DNA of 46,815 bases from an uncultured Ferruginibacter sp. (GTDB taxonomy: Bacteria; Bacteroidota; Bacteroidia; Chitinophagales; Chitinophagaceae). The translations under genes were made by a program, and so were the position numbers. Under the pieces are notes generated by a model. The model was not told the DNA's origin. It saw nothing but the letters and a program-made list of their open reading frames with translations, and did not search any database. The stretch lies in assembly GCA_964500545.1 (NCBI GenBank), contig CAZCOL010000009.1, forward strand, positions 7,627-54,441, given 5' to 3'. Below, piece by piece: positions 8,486 through 17,843 of this stretch. Numbering within the stretch: the first letter of the stretch is position 1; each line of letters starts with the position of its first letter.

Positions 8486-10405
8486 TTATTTTTTAACTAT
8501 GAAAACAGGAATATTCAATGCATGTCTTACTTTATTGATATTTGAACCATAAAAAAAATCTTTGAATCCTTTGTGCCCATGGGCACCTATAACCAGCAAA
8601 TCAGCTTTTTCTTGTTGTACGATTCGAACAATTTCTTTATCGGTTTCATTAAATCCAAGAATTCCCCTTGCATTATAACCCTTGGATTTTATTTTTTCAA
8701 CAAGCATATTTAGCCTCTCCTGATCTTTTTTCGTTTCATAATCATCTGTCTCTTTACCATGAAGTTTTGAAGCGGCTGTTTCTACAACATGAATAAGTAC
8801 GAATTCTTTGGTAATTCCTGCCTGACCTATTGCAGCAGATATCAGTTTGAGGTCGTTTTTGCTGAAGTCTAGAGCGATTGCAATTTTTTGATAAACAGGA
8901 ACAGCCAACTCCTCATTGTTATTAACCGATGGATGGATTTCAATGGATGAATTGGTCTGCTTTCTGGAAAAAACAGGAAAGAAAATCACATAAAACAACA
9001 ACAGCAGGAATAAAACAGCAAAAACAACTAAGTTCGATTTTATTATAAAATTGTTTGAGTTTATCCAGTATTCATGTATTTCACTGATAATCATTTTAAT
9101 ATTCAGCAGTATAAGTATAGCTGCAAAAAGCCACGATAATAATTTTGTTTTTTGAGTTATTGCAAATTCATGCATTGTTTTTTTGTCGCTAACAAAATGA
9201 ATCAACGGAATGATTGCAAAACCAAGTTGAATACTCAAAATTACCTGGCTGAATATCAATAGACTGTCTATTTTCTCTTCACCGGTATAAGCAATAAAAA
9301 AAATTGCCGGGACGATTGCTACAAGTCTCGTTATCAATCTGCGCATCAGTGGATTTATGCGAATTTTTAAATAGCCCTCCATTACAATTTGTCCGGATAA
9401 AGTACCTGTTATGGTGGAACTTTGTCCTGAGGCAATCAAGGCTATTGCAAACAATGCTGAAGCTACTTTAGTACCAAGTAAAGGTGAAAGAAGTGAATGG
9501 GCCTGTCTGATTTCACCTACATCGGTTCTTCCTGTTTTGTAGAAAACCGTTGCTGCCAGTATTAAAATTGCAGCATTTATGAAAAATGCCAGATTCAGCG
9601 CAATGGTGCTGTCTATGATACTCATTTTTATAGCATGCCTTATTCCTTTTGGGGTTCTGGATATTTTTCTGGTTTGAATTAATGCTGAGTGTAAATACAG
9701 ATTGTGCGGCATCACAGTGGCACCAATCATTCCAATAGCCAGATAAAGCGCAGTTTCAGTGGGGACAATTCCTGCAATTCCTTCTTTTTTGTATAATTGG
9801 TCAGCATCAGGCAAGCTGGGAATGAACCCTTTGATGATATCGTGAATTGAGGGATTGGCAAGGATAATATTTATCAAAAAAGAAACACCAATTATTCCAA
9901 TTAAGATAATAATAAAAGCTTCAATTTTTCTGACACCGAGTCTTTGAAGATAAAGAAGTAAAAAAGTATCCAATACTGTTATGCAAACCCCTGCAAACAA
10001 TGGTAAACCGAAAAGCAATTGAATGCCGATGGCCATACCTAAAACCTCTGCCAAATCTGTTGCGGCGATGGCTATTTCAGCAAGGATCCATAAGGAAAAA
10101 TTAACAGCTTTCGGATAGGCTTCCCTGTTAGCCTGAGCCAGATCTCTTCCTCTTACTATTCCCAATCTTGCACAAAGGCTTTGCAAAAGAATGGCCATCA
10201 TATTGCTAGCAAGCAACACCCAAATCAATGTGAATCCGTATTTGCTTCCTCCTGCAATATCTGTGGCCCAGTTTCCCGGATCCATATAACCTACACTAAC
10301 AAGATAAGCAGGACCGATAAATGAAAAAATTCTTCTCCATCCTTTTTGAAAGGAGGTGGTATCAATGCTTTCATGAATATTTTCCAATGATTTGTCCTGC
10401 CCCAT
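8486..10405 (-). CDS. mntH: Nramp family Mn2+/Fe2+ transporter with C-terminal universal stress protein (USP) domain
   Basis: YMDPGNW and GATVMPHNLYLHS Nramp motifs. The C-terminus IAIALDFS...LIHVVE...ADLLVIGAHGH...GS...V....PV is a USP fold. Confidence 0.92.
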   Translation of the reverse strand: MGQDKSLENIHESIDTTSFQKGWRRIFSFIGPAYLVSVGYMDPGNWATDIAGGSKYGFTLIWVLLASNMMAILLQSLCARLGIVRGRDLAQANREAYPKAVNFSLWILAEIAIAATDLAEVLGMAIGIQLLFGLPLFAGVCITVLDTFLLLYLQRLGVRKIEAFIIILIGIIGVSFLINIILANPSIHDIIKGFIPSLPDADQLYKKEGIAGIVPTETALYLAIGMIGATVMPHNLYLHSALIQTRKISRTPKGIRHAIKMSIIDSTIALNLAFFINAAILILAATVFYKTGRTDVGEIRQAHSLLSPLLGTKVASALFAIALIASGQSSTITGTLSGQIVMEGYLKIRINPLMRRLITRLVAIVPAIFFIAYTGEEKIDSLLIFSQVILSIQLGFAIIPLIHFVSDKKTMHEFAITQKTKLLSWLFAAILILLNIKMIISEIHEYWINSNNFIIKSNLVVFAVLFLLLLFYVIFFPVFSRKQTNSSIEIHPSVNNNEELAVPVYQKIAIALDFSKNDLKLISAAIGQAGITKEFVLIHVVETAASKLHGKETDDYETKKDQERLNMLVEKIKSKGYNARGILGFNETDKEIVRIVQQEKADLLVIGAHGHKGFKDFFYGSNINKVRHALNIPVFIVKK

Positions 10406-10593
10406 GTACTTGCTTGATTATTTTTAGGATCAGTTACAAAAATATAGTTAATAAAATTATGATTTTGGTATAATTTGAAAATAATATTAATCCTGTATGT
10501 GACCCAATGAATGATTTTAATTGCTGAAATGCAACCATATCATTTTAAATAACTGAATATTTTTCTAATATTGTGTCCGACAAAAATCAATAA

Positions 10594-12246
10594 ATGAACT
10601 TTAATCGTTACGAGGTACCCTATTCAGTTAATGAGCCCTACAAAAAAAAAGTGGCATATTTTTCAATGGAGTTTGCAATTCATCAGCCCCTTAAAATATA
10701 CAGTGGTGGTTTGGGTTATTTAAGCGGCAGTCATTTGCGCAGCGCTTATGAATTGAAACAAAATCTGATTGGGATTGGTATATTCTGGAAATATGGTTAT
10801 TACGATCAATCCAGAAACCAGGATCAATCCTTGCAAATACAGTGGAACGAAAAAATCTATAATTTTCTGGAAGATACCGGCATCATGTTTCAGGTGGAAA
10901 TTCATGGACACAATGTATGGGTAAAAGCACTTTACCTCAATCCGGAGACTTTTAAATCCGCTCCGTTTTTTTTACTTACAACTGATATACCTGAGAACGA
11001 TTATGTTTCTCAAACAATTTCTCATCGTTTGTATGATGCAAATATTGCCACTAAAATAGCGCAATTTATTTTGCTTGGTGTAGGTGGAGCAAAGCTGATC
11101 GATTTACTGAATTTCAATCCTGATGTATATCATTTAAACGAGGCTCACGGGATAAGCGCAGCATTTTATCTTGAGAAAAAACTTGGAAACAGAGAGGCCG
11201 TGAGGCAGAAAATTGTATTTACAACTCACACGCCGGAAGAAGCGGGAAATGAAAAACATGATTTGCAGTTGTGCGATAAAATGGGTTATTTCTGTGGCAT
11301 GCCTTTGGATGAAGTCAGGAAAATTTCTGATGAATCAGAAAATCTTTTTAATCATTCATTGGCGGCTTTGCGATATTCAAGAATGGCAAATGCCGTTAGC
11401 ATGTTGCATGGTGCCGTCAGTAAAAAAATGTGGGAATCATATCGAGATATTTGTAAAATAAATTTCATTACAAATGCTCAAAATTGGGAATATTGGGCCG
11501 ATAAACAATTGTATTCTATGATGGAAGCGGGAGATGAAAAGAAATTCATAGCCCAAAAAAAATCTAACAAAAGAAATTCGATGGAAATTGTAGCAGACCA
11601 GACGGGCAAATTGTTTGATCCAGATGTGTTGACTATAGTTTGGGCCAGAAGATTTGCAGGATACAAAAGAGCTAATTTGCTTGCAAGGGACAAGGATCGT
11701 TTCAATGCACTTTTGAACAATAAAAAATATCCGGTACAGATGATTTGGGCAGGTAAGCCATATCCTCTGGATTATCCGGCAATAGGAGAATTCAATTACC
11801 TGGTTAACTTAAGTAAGGAATTTAAAAACGTAGCTGTGTGTATAGGTTATGAATTGACATTGAGCAGGCAATTGAAACAAGTAGCAGATGTATGGCTGAA
11901 CAACCCCAGGGTTCACCGAGAGGCAAGCGGAACCAGTGGTATGTCTGCAGCTATGAATGGTGCAGTAAATTTAAGCACCAATGATGGCTGGATCAGGGAA
12001 TTTATTGATCATGGGCAAAATGGATTTGTTGTTCCATTGGTCAATTATGATGACATGTCTTTGCATGACCAGGATCAATACGACCTTGAGCAATTGTATG
12101 AATTACTGGAAAACGTGATTGTACCAATGTATTATAATAACCCTACTTCATGGGTCAATATCATACAAAAAGGCATGAAGGATGTACGCAATCAATTTGA
12201 CAGCAATAGAATGGCCAAAGAATACTACGAAATTTTATACAAGTGA
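10594..12246 (+). CDS. glgP: Alpha-glucan phosphorylase family (GT35), short 550-aa form; PLP lysine substituted
   Basis: YFSMEF, YSGGLG.L.G, HLNEAH, FTTHT, ANAVS.LHG, ARRFAGYKR, DVWLNNP...EASGTSGMS. Confidence 0.88.
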   Translation: MNFNRYEVPYSVNEPYKKKVAYFSMEFAIHQPLKIYSGGLGYLSGSHLRSAYELKQNLIGIGIFWKYGYYDQSRNQDQSLQIQWNEKIYNFLEDTGIMFQVEIHGHNVWVKALYLNPETFKSAPFFLLTTDIPENDYVSQTISHRLYDANIATKIAQFILLGVGGAKLIDLLNFNPDVYHLNEAHGISAAFYLEKKLGNREAVRQKIVFTTHTPEEAGNEKHDLQLCDKMGYFCGMPLDEVRKISDESENLFNHSLAALRYSRMANAVSMLHGAVSKKMWESYRDICKINFITNAQNWEYWADKQLYSMMEAGDEKKFIAQKKSNKRNSMEIVADQTGKLFDPDVLTIVWARRFAGYKRANLLARDKDRFNALLNNKKYPVQMIWAGKPYPLDYPAIGEFNYLVNLSKEFKNVAVCIGYELTLSRQLKQVADVWLNNPRVHREASGTSGMSAAMNGAVNLSTNDGWIREFIDHGQNGFVVPLVNYDDMSLHDQDQYDLEQLYELLENVIVPMYYNNPTSWVNIIQKGMKDVRNQFDSNRMAKEYYEILYK

Positions 12247-12255
12247 TGTTCGCTA

Positions 12256-13086
12256 TTACTTTGATGAATAAGTAACAGTTGTTTTTCCCTTTGAGCTGAT
12301 TTGCATTTGTTGGCCCATCATATCCATTGAATTGTTCATATCCATGTCGCTAACTGATTCATTGACAAGTCCTGATTGGGTATTAACTTTCATGGTGCCT
12401 TTTACTTTTGTATCCATTGTCATGTTCATAGTCATTCCCTGTACTTCCTGTTCAACGGTTCCAACAGTAGTTCCGGAAATTTCGAGCGTTGCTATTGATT
12501 GTTCAATTGACTTAAGGGTGTATTTCTTTTTTGTTGTCAACCCTTTATTGCTGCTGGTGATTTCCCAGCTGTCTCCGATTTTTTTATCAGCAGGAATTAT
12601 TAAAAAAGCTTCACCAGGTCCCTGACTGTCTTTATCGCCTGCCATAAAACTCAATCCTCCTCCCATAGAGCTTTCACCTTCTCCAGTTTTACTGCTCATT
12701 AATTGACAGCTTCCGGATATTTTATCAAGCACAAATGTATCAGGAACGTTCAGTTTATCACCTACAGTTTTGCCGATTTCAGATTCTCTGTCATCCTTGT
12801 TGTCAGAATCAAAACTCATATTTTGTCCCATTCCCTCCATTTCCATTTTCATTTTGGTAATGGTATTGGTTAGAATATAAGATTGATTATTTTCATCAAT
12901 TACAGTCAAAACCGCTAGAGTGTTGATATCATTTTTCATATTTCCCATTGCCATTTCAGATTCTGTATTGGCAATTGAAGAACAGGTAATGGTCTGCCCT
13001 TTTTTCAGGGATATTTTTTGAGCAAATTGAGCGTTGATACCATTAATAAAAGTTAGCATCAAAACTGCAGAAATTATTTTTTTCAT
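12256..13086 (-). CDS. Secreted beta-rich protein, DUF6263-like
   Basis: Signal peptide MKKIISAVLMLTFINGINA; Met/Gly-rich GQNMSFDS and K.GDSW motifs. Start moved to ATG 13086 because a -7 promoter element overlaps the TTG at 13107. Confidence 0.65.
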   Translation of the reverse strand: MKKIISAVLMLTFINGINAQFAQKISLKKGQTITCSSIANTESEMAMGNMKNDINTLAVLTVIDENNQSYILTNTITKMKMEMEGMGQNMSFDSDNKDDRESEIGKTVGDKLNVPDTFVLDKISGSCQLMSSKTGEGESSMGGGLSFMAGDKDSQGPGEAFLIIPADKKIGDSWEITSSNKGLTTKKKYTLKSIEQSIATLEISGTTVGTVEQEVQGMTMNMTMDTKVKGTMKVNTQSGLVNESVSDMDMNNSMDMMGQQMQISSKGKTTVTYSSK

Positions 13087-13104
13087 TTTATTGATTTTAG
13101 GGGA

Positions 13105-13112
13105 CAAATATA
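13105..13112 (-). promoter_or_regulatory. Bacteroidota sigma-70 -7 element (TATATTTG) for the DUF6263-like gene
   Basis: Matches TAnnTTTG, 18 nt upstream of ATG 13086. Confidence 0.55.
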
Positions 13113-13123
13113 CTATATAAAAG

Positions 13124-13151
13124 AACAGGCCGTCATTTTAGACGGCCTGTT
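13124..13151 (-). terminator. Intrinsic terminator of the cold-shock gene
   Basis: AACAGGCCGTC/GACGGCCTGTT perfect 11-bp stem with a 6-nt loop, followed by CTTTT on the minus strand. Confidence 0.8.
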
Positions 13152-13173
13152 TACTAAAAAAAGTTGAATTAAT

Positions 13174-13377
13174 TTATCCTATAACTGTTACGTTTACAGC
13201 ATTCATTCCTTTTTTACCATTTTGAAGCTCAAACTCAACTTTGTCGCCTTCTTTGATCTCATTGATCAAACCACTTACGTGAACAAATGTTTCTTTGTCT
13301 GAATCATCGTGTCTAATGAAACCGAACCCTTTTTCGGTGTTGAAAAATTTTACGGTTCCTTGATTTTTTGTGTCCAT
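13174..13377 (-). CDS. Cold-shock domain protein
   Basis: GTVKFFN, RNP1 KGFGFI, RNP2 TFVH; 67 aa. Confidence 0.95.
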   Translation of the reverse strand: MDTKNQGTVKFFNTEKGFGFIRHDDSDKETFVHVSGLINEIKEGDKVEFELQNGKKGMNAVNVTVIG

Positions 13378-13483
13378 TTTAATTGTATTGTATTTAATAA
13401 AGGACGAAGGTAGTCATTATTGACCAACATGCTGCAATTTAATTTTTAATATTGCAAAACAATCTATCAATCAGTGATTTATG

Positions 13484-16360
13484 TCATTCAGCATAAGAAC
13501 TCACAGGTTCACAAGTGCAAACCAGGTTTCTGTCGCCATAAGTATTGTTAACTCGGTTTACCGAAGGCCAAAACTTGTTCATTTTAATGTAATCCAGCGG
13601 ATATGCTGCCTGTTGTCTTGTGTATGGATGATGCCATTCCTGTGCTGTAACTTCTAATTGAGTGTGCGGGGCATTTTTTAGAACATTGTCTGTTTTGTCC
13701 GATTTGCCTTCTTCAATTAAATTGATTTCTTTTCTGATCTGAAGCATTGCATCACAAAATCTGTCCAGCTCTGCTTTATCTTCACTTTCAGTCGGTTCAA
13801 TCATTATAGTTCCTGCAACAGGAAAGCTCATGGTTGGAGCATGAAAATTGTAATCCATCAATCTCTTGGCAACATCTTCTGCTTCTATACCTGCGGTTAG
13901 TTTGAAAGGTCTCAGGTCTACAATGAATTCATGGGCGCATGTTCCATTTTTTCCGGTGTACAATATTTTATAATCATTTTCGAGCCTTGCTTTCATATAA
14001 TTTGCATTGAGGATGGCTGTTTCCGTACTTTTTTTCATTCCGTGGGCTCCCAGCATTTTGATATAAGCGTAGCTGATTAAAAGAATGCTCGCACTGCCGA
14101 ATGCCGAGGCGCTAACAGCATTTATTGCGGTTTTGTTATTTTGCAAAGAAATGTGTCCGGGTAAAAATGGAGCCAGTTTTTCATTAACGCAAATAGGTCC
14201 CATTCCCGGTCCACCACCGCCATGAGGAATTGCAAATGTTTTATGCAAATTCAAATGGCAAACGTCCGCACCTATTTGACCGGGACTTGTTAATCCAACC
14301 TGTGCATTCATATTGGCTCCATCCATGTAAACTAGTCCTCCATGCTGATGGATCAAATCACAAATCTCAATGACTGTTTCCTCAAACACACCATGTGTAC
14401 TAGGGTAAGTAATCATCAATCCTGCAAGATTATCTTTATGTTTGTCAGCCTGAGTTTTTAAATCCTCCAAATCAATATTGCCTGCCTCATCACATTTGGT
14501 TACAACTACCTTGAAACCAGCCATAACTGCCGAAGCGGGATTGGTGCCATGAGCCGAAATAGGAATTAAAATGATGTTTCGATGCTGTTCGTTTCTGTTT
14601 TTGTGATAGGCTCTAATGGTAAGCAGTCCCGCATATTCTCCCTGTGCACCGCTGTTTGGCTGAAGTGAAACAGCCGTGAAACCCGTTATTTTACTTAGAT
14701 AATCTTCAAGTTCTGTTATTATTTTCTGATAACCTATCCATTGATCTGAAGGGGATAAGGGATGTATTTTAGAAAATTCAGGCCAGCTGACAGGTATGAG
14801 TTCTGTAGCAGCATTTAATTTCATAGTACAGCTTCCCAGTGAAATCATAGAAGTATTCAAACTGAGATCCTTGTTTTCCAGGTATTTGATATACCTCATC
14901 ATTTGAGTTTCAGTTTGATGAGCATTGAAAACAGGATGTGTAAGAAAATCTGAGTTTCGTGTATGCGTTGCCGGTATATTATTGAGTTGTGTTGAAATAT
15001 TGATTTGTTCAACAGATGATTTTGCGCCTTTAAAAGCTATAAAAACATTTAAAATATCAAGGATGTTTTTTTGACTAGTGGTTTCATCAAGTGAAATGTT
15101 GACTTTATTTTGTTGGTATCCAAAATTGATTTCTCTTGATTCTGCAATTTTTTTGAGTTCCTGATGGTTGTCAATGTTAAGTGTTACTGTATCAAAAAAA
15201 CAGCTGTTTATATTTTTGAATCCGAGTTTATTCAACTCATTGCTGAGTGTTTCGGCAAGAATACTTACTCTTTGTGCAATTTTCTTCAATCCTTTGGCAC
15301 CATGGTAAATGGCATACAAGGCCGACATGTTCGCCAATAAGGCCTGAGCTGTACAGATATTGCTGGTAGCTTTTTCTCTCCTAATGTGTTGTTCTCGGGT
15401 TTGCAATGCCATGCGAAGGCATCTGTTGCCCTTGGCATCAACACTGACACCGATAATTCTTCCGGGAATATTTCTTTTGAATTCTTCTTTGGTGGCAAAG
15501 AATGCTGCATGAGGTCCGCCAAATCCCATTGGGATACCAAAGCGCTGAGAATTTCCAATGGCAATATCAGCACCCAGTTCACCCGGGGGCGTCAGTAAGC
15601 AAAGCGCCAGTAAATCGGTTGCCATCACTACCTGCGCATTACAAGCATGGACAGAATCAATGAATGATCTGTAGTCTTCAATAGAACCGTTTTGATTGGG
15701 ATACTGAATCAGCGCCCCAAAATATTGATCATCAATACTCGCAGTTCTGTAATCTCCAAAAACCAGTTCAATATTTACAGGCATTGACCTTGTAATTAAC
15801 ACATCTTTTGTTTGATCATATACATTTGCATCCACAAAAAACTTCGGTGCAACAATATGATCTGAGTCCTTATTTTTATGATTGAACAACATGGTCATGG
15901 CCTCAGCGGCTGCAGTTCCTTCATCCAGTAAGCTGGCGTTGGCTATTGGTAATGCTGTAAGGTCGCTGATCATGGTTTGGAAATTCAGCAGGCTTTCCAG
16001 TCTTCCCTGAGCAATTTCTGCTTGATAAGGTGTGTACTGGGTGTACCATCCCGGATTTTCAAATACATTTCTAAGAATGACACTGGGGGTTATGGTATTA
16101 TAATATCCCTTGCCTATATAGTTCTGATAAATTTTGTTCAATGACGCAGTTTTTTTTAATTCGACAAGGTATTCGAATTCACTCATGGGGCTGCCGGTTT
16201 CAAAATCACTTTTCAAGCGAATTGAGGAGGGTAGTGTTTTGTCAATCAATTCTTCCAGATTTACACAGCCTATTTCATCAAGCATTTGCTTCACTTCGTT
16301 TTCGTTGGGTCCTATGTGTCTTCCAATGAATTCATGCTGTTGTTCTTCGAAAATATTCAT
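13484..16360 (-). CDS. gcvP: Glycine dehydrogenase (aminomethyl-transferring), glycine cleavage P protein
   Basis: YTQYTPYQAEIAQGRLE, ATSNICTAQALLA, SLGSCTMKLN, PLP motif LNLHKTF, PHGGGGPG. Start at ATG 16360, downstream of a TAATTTTG element. Confidence 0.97.
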   Translation of the reverse strand: MNIFEEQQHEFIGRHIGPNENEVKQMLDEIGCVNLEELIDKTLPSSIRLKSDFETGSPMSEFEYLVELKKTASLNKIYQNYIGKGYYNTITPSVILRNVFENPGWYTQYTPYQAEIAQGRLESLLNFQTMISDLTALPIANASLLDEGTAAAEAMTMLFNHKNKDSDHIVAPKFFVDANVYDQTKDVLITRSMPVNIELVFGDYRTASIDDQYFGALIQYPNQNGSIEDYRSFIDSVHACNAQVVMATDLLALCLLTPPGELGADIAIGNSQRFGIPMGFGGPHAAFFATKEEFKRNIPGRIIGVSVDAKGNRCLRMALQTREQHIRREKATSNICTAQALLANMSALYAIYHGAKGLKKIAQRVSILAETLSNELNKLGFKNINSCFFDTVTLNIDNHQELKKIAESREINFGYQQNKVNISLDETTSQKNILDILNVFIAFKGAKSSVEQINISTQLNNIPATHTRNSDFLTHPVFNAHQTETQMMRYIKYLENKDLSLNTSMISLGSCTMKLNAATELIPVSWPEFSKIHPLSPSDQWIGYQKIITELEDYLSKITGFTAVSLQPNSGAQGEYAGLLTIRAYHKNRNEQHRNIILIPISAHGTNPASAVMAGFKVVVTKCDEAGNIDLEDLKTQADKHKDNLAGLMITYPSTHGVFEETVIEICDLIHQHGGLVYMDGANMNAQVGLTSPGQIGADVCHLNLHKTFAIPHGGGGPGMGPICVNEKLAPFLPGHISLQNNKTAINAVSASAFGSASILLISYAYIKMLGAHGMKKSTETAILNANYMKARLENDYKILYTGKNGTCAHEFIVDLRPFKLTAGIEAEDVAKRLMDYNFHAPTMSFPVAGTIMIEPTESEDKAELDRFCDAMLQIRKEINLIEEGKSDKTDNVLKNAPHTQLEVTAQEWHHPYTRQQAAYPLDYIKMNKFWPSVNRVNNTYGDRNLVCTCEPVSSYAE

Positions 16361-16396
16361 TTTGTAATTATTGAATTTTAATATAGAATGGTGGTG

Positions 16397-16404
16397 CAAA
16401 ATTA
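16397..16404 (-). promoter_or_regulatory. -7 promoter element (TAATTTTG) for gcvP
   Basis: TAnnTTTG consensus 36 nt upstream of ATG 16360. Confidence 0.5.
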
Positions 16405-16492
16405 AACTAACTGAACTAATTTTAATTATAAATTGACATGTTGAAGGTACTTGTGGAAAAATAGGCCGATAATCTTCAGTAATTTTAAAGTA

Positions 16493-16978
16493 ATGAGTAA
16501 AGAGATTCTTAATAATTGGTCAAAAAAGTCGGCAGAACATCAAAAAGAGTACAAACATTTTATTGCAAAGGCATCAAAGAATGAAGTGTTGAAGATTTTG
16601 GACGATGTACACCATGAAGCAGTTCAACAAATCAATTGTCTGGATTGTGCAGCATGTTGTAAAAATTATTCTCCAAGATTCAAAACACCGGATATTAAAA
16701 GGATTTCAAAGTTTTTAAATCTAAAAGACGGGGTTTTTATTGAAACTTACCTTACGATCGATGAGGAGGGAGATTACGTGCTGAAAAAAAAGCCTTGTGC
16801 ATTTTTAGGAAAAGACAATATTTGCTCTATTTATGAGGTTAGGCCTTCTGATTGTGCAAGATTTCCATATACCGATGAAGATATATTGTTAAAAAGACCT
16901 GCCTTGACTTTAAAAAACTCCACATTTTGCCCAATAGTTTATTATGTGTTGGAAAATTTGATGGTACGATTGAAATAA
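16493..16978 (+). CDS. YkgJ family cysteine-cluster protein (CxxCxxCC, putative Fe-S/Zn binding)
   Basis: CLDCAACC, PCAFL, CSIYEVRP.DC..FP; start at ATG 16493. Confidence 0.88.
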   Translation: MSKEILNNWSKKSAEHQKEYKHFIAKASKNEVLKILDDVHHEAVQQINCLDCAACCKNYSPRFKTPDIKRISKFLNLKDGVFIETYLTIDEEGDYVLKKKPCAFLGKDNICSIYEVRPSDCARFPYTDEDILLKRPALTLKNSTFCPIVYYVLENLMVRLK

Positions 16979-17043
16979 ACTGACCTGCTTTTACATCTCG
17001 CAACTCATATAATTTTCTTAAAAAAGAGTAAAAAATATAACAA

Positions 17044-17080
17044 TGTGCAAAATTGATAGTAATACTATTATATTTGCATA
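17044..17080 (+). promoter_or_regulatory. Imperfect palindrome overlapping a -7 element; candidate TetR operator/promoter
   Basis: Core ATAGTA-A-TACTAT (17056-17068) with symmetric outer arms TGCAAA (17046-17051)/TTTGCA (17073-17078). TATATTTG at 17069-17076 lies 14 nt before the tetR ATG. Confidence 0.6.
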
Positions 17081-17090
17081 AAAATATATC

Positions 17091-17786
17091 ATGGAGCAGC
17101 TTCTGTCCAATATTAAGATCACCGTCAACAAAAACCTGTATTTGATCGATCCCACAACCAGTAAGTTGGGAAGTAATATTGTGTCACATTCCGTGAATAT
17201 TATCGATGAGAAAGGATTTGAAAAATTTACATTTAAAAAATTAGGGATTGAAATCGATTCTCCTGAAGCATCCATTTACAGATATTTCAAAAATAAAAAT
17301 CAGTTGTTGTTATACCTCGTATCCTGGTATTGGGGATGGATGGAGTATCAACTGGTTTTCGGAACTGCAAATATTTCTTCTCCTGAATTAAAACTAAACA
17401 AAGCAGTAGAATTGATTACTAACTACAAAAACAGTAAAATTTCCATAGAAGGAATTTCAATCAATAAGTTGATTCGGATAGTTATTTCAGAATCATCCAA
17501 ATCATATCTGAATAAAGAGGTCAGCAAAGCAAACAAACAAGGCGCATTTCAAAGCTATAAAAAGTTTGTATCCAGACTTGCAGAAATCATACATCAAATC
17601 AATCCTGCTTATAAGTTTCCCAATATGCTGATGTCTACAATTATCGAAGGTGCTCATTTGCAGGTGTTTTTTGCAGAACATTTACCCGGATTGACCAATG
17701 TGCAAAAAAACAATGATTACTTATGCAAGTTTTATACCAATCTTGCATTGCAGTCAATAAAGAAAAGTGGTAAATCTAAAAAATAA
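17091..17786 (+). CDS. TetR/AcrR family transcriptional regulator
   Basis: HTH GFEKFTFKKLG.EI.SPEASIYRYFKNK. Confidence 0.9.
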   Translation: MEQLLSNIKITVNKNLYLIDPTTSKLGSNIVSHSVNIIDEKGFEKFTFKKLGIEIDSPEASIYRYFKNKNQLLLYLVSWYWGWMEYQLVFGTANISSPELKLNKAVELITNYKNSKISIEGISINKLIRIVISESSKSYLNKEVSKANKQGAFQSYKKFVSRLAEIIHQINPAYKFPNMLMSTIIEGAHLQVFFAEHLPGLTNVQKNNDYLCKFYTNLALQSIKKSGKSKK

Positions 17787-17843
17787 AATCGTAAAAATAT
17801 AAACTTCATCAAGCAAATTAATTTGGCGCCTAAAAAAATAATT

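Noticed and set aside
10406-10593. yybP-ykoY Mn riboswitch upstream of mntH
   Set aside because: No GGGGAGUAG-like core or GC-rich helices; a promoter-like element lies close to the ATG
16361-16492. Glycine riboswitch upstream of gcvP
   Set aside because: The leader is short and AT-rich, with no GGAGA/CAGG aptamer core
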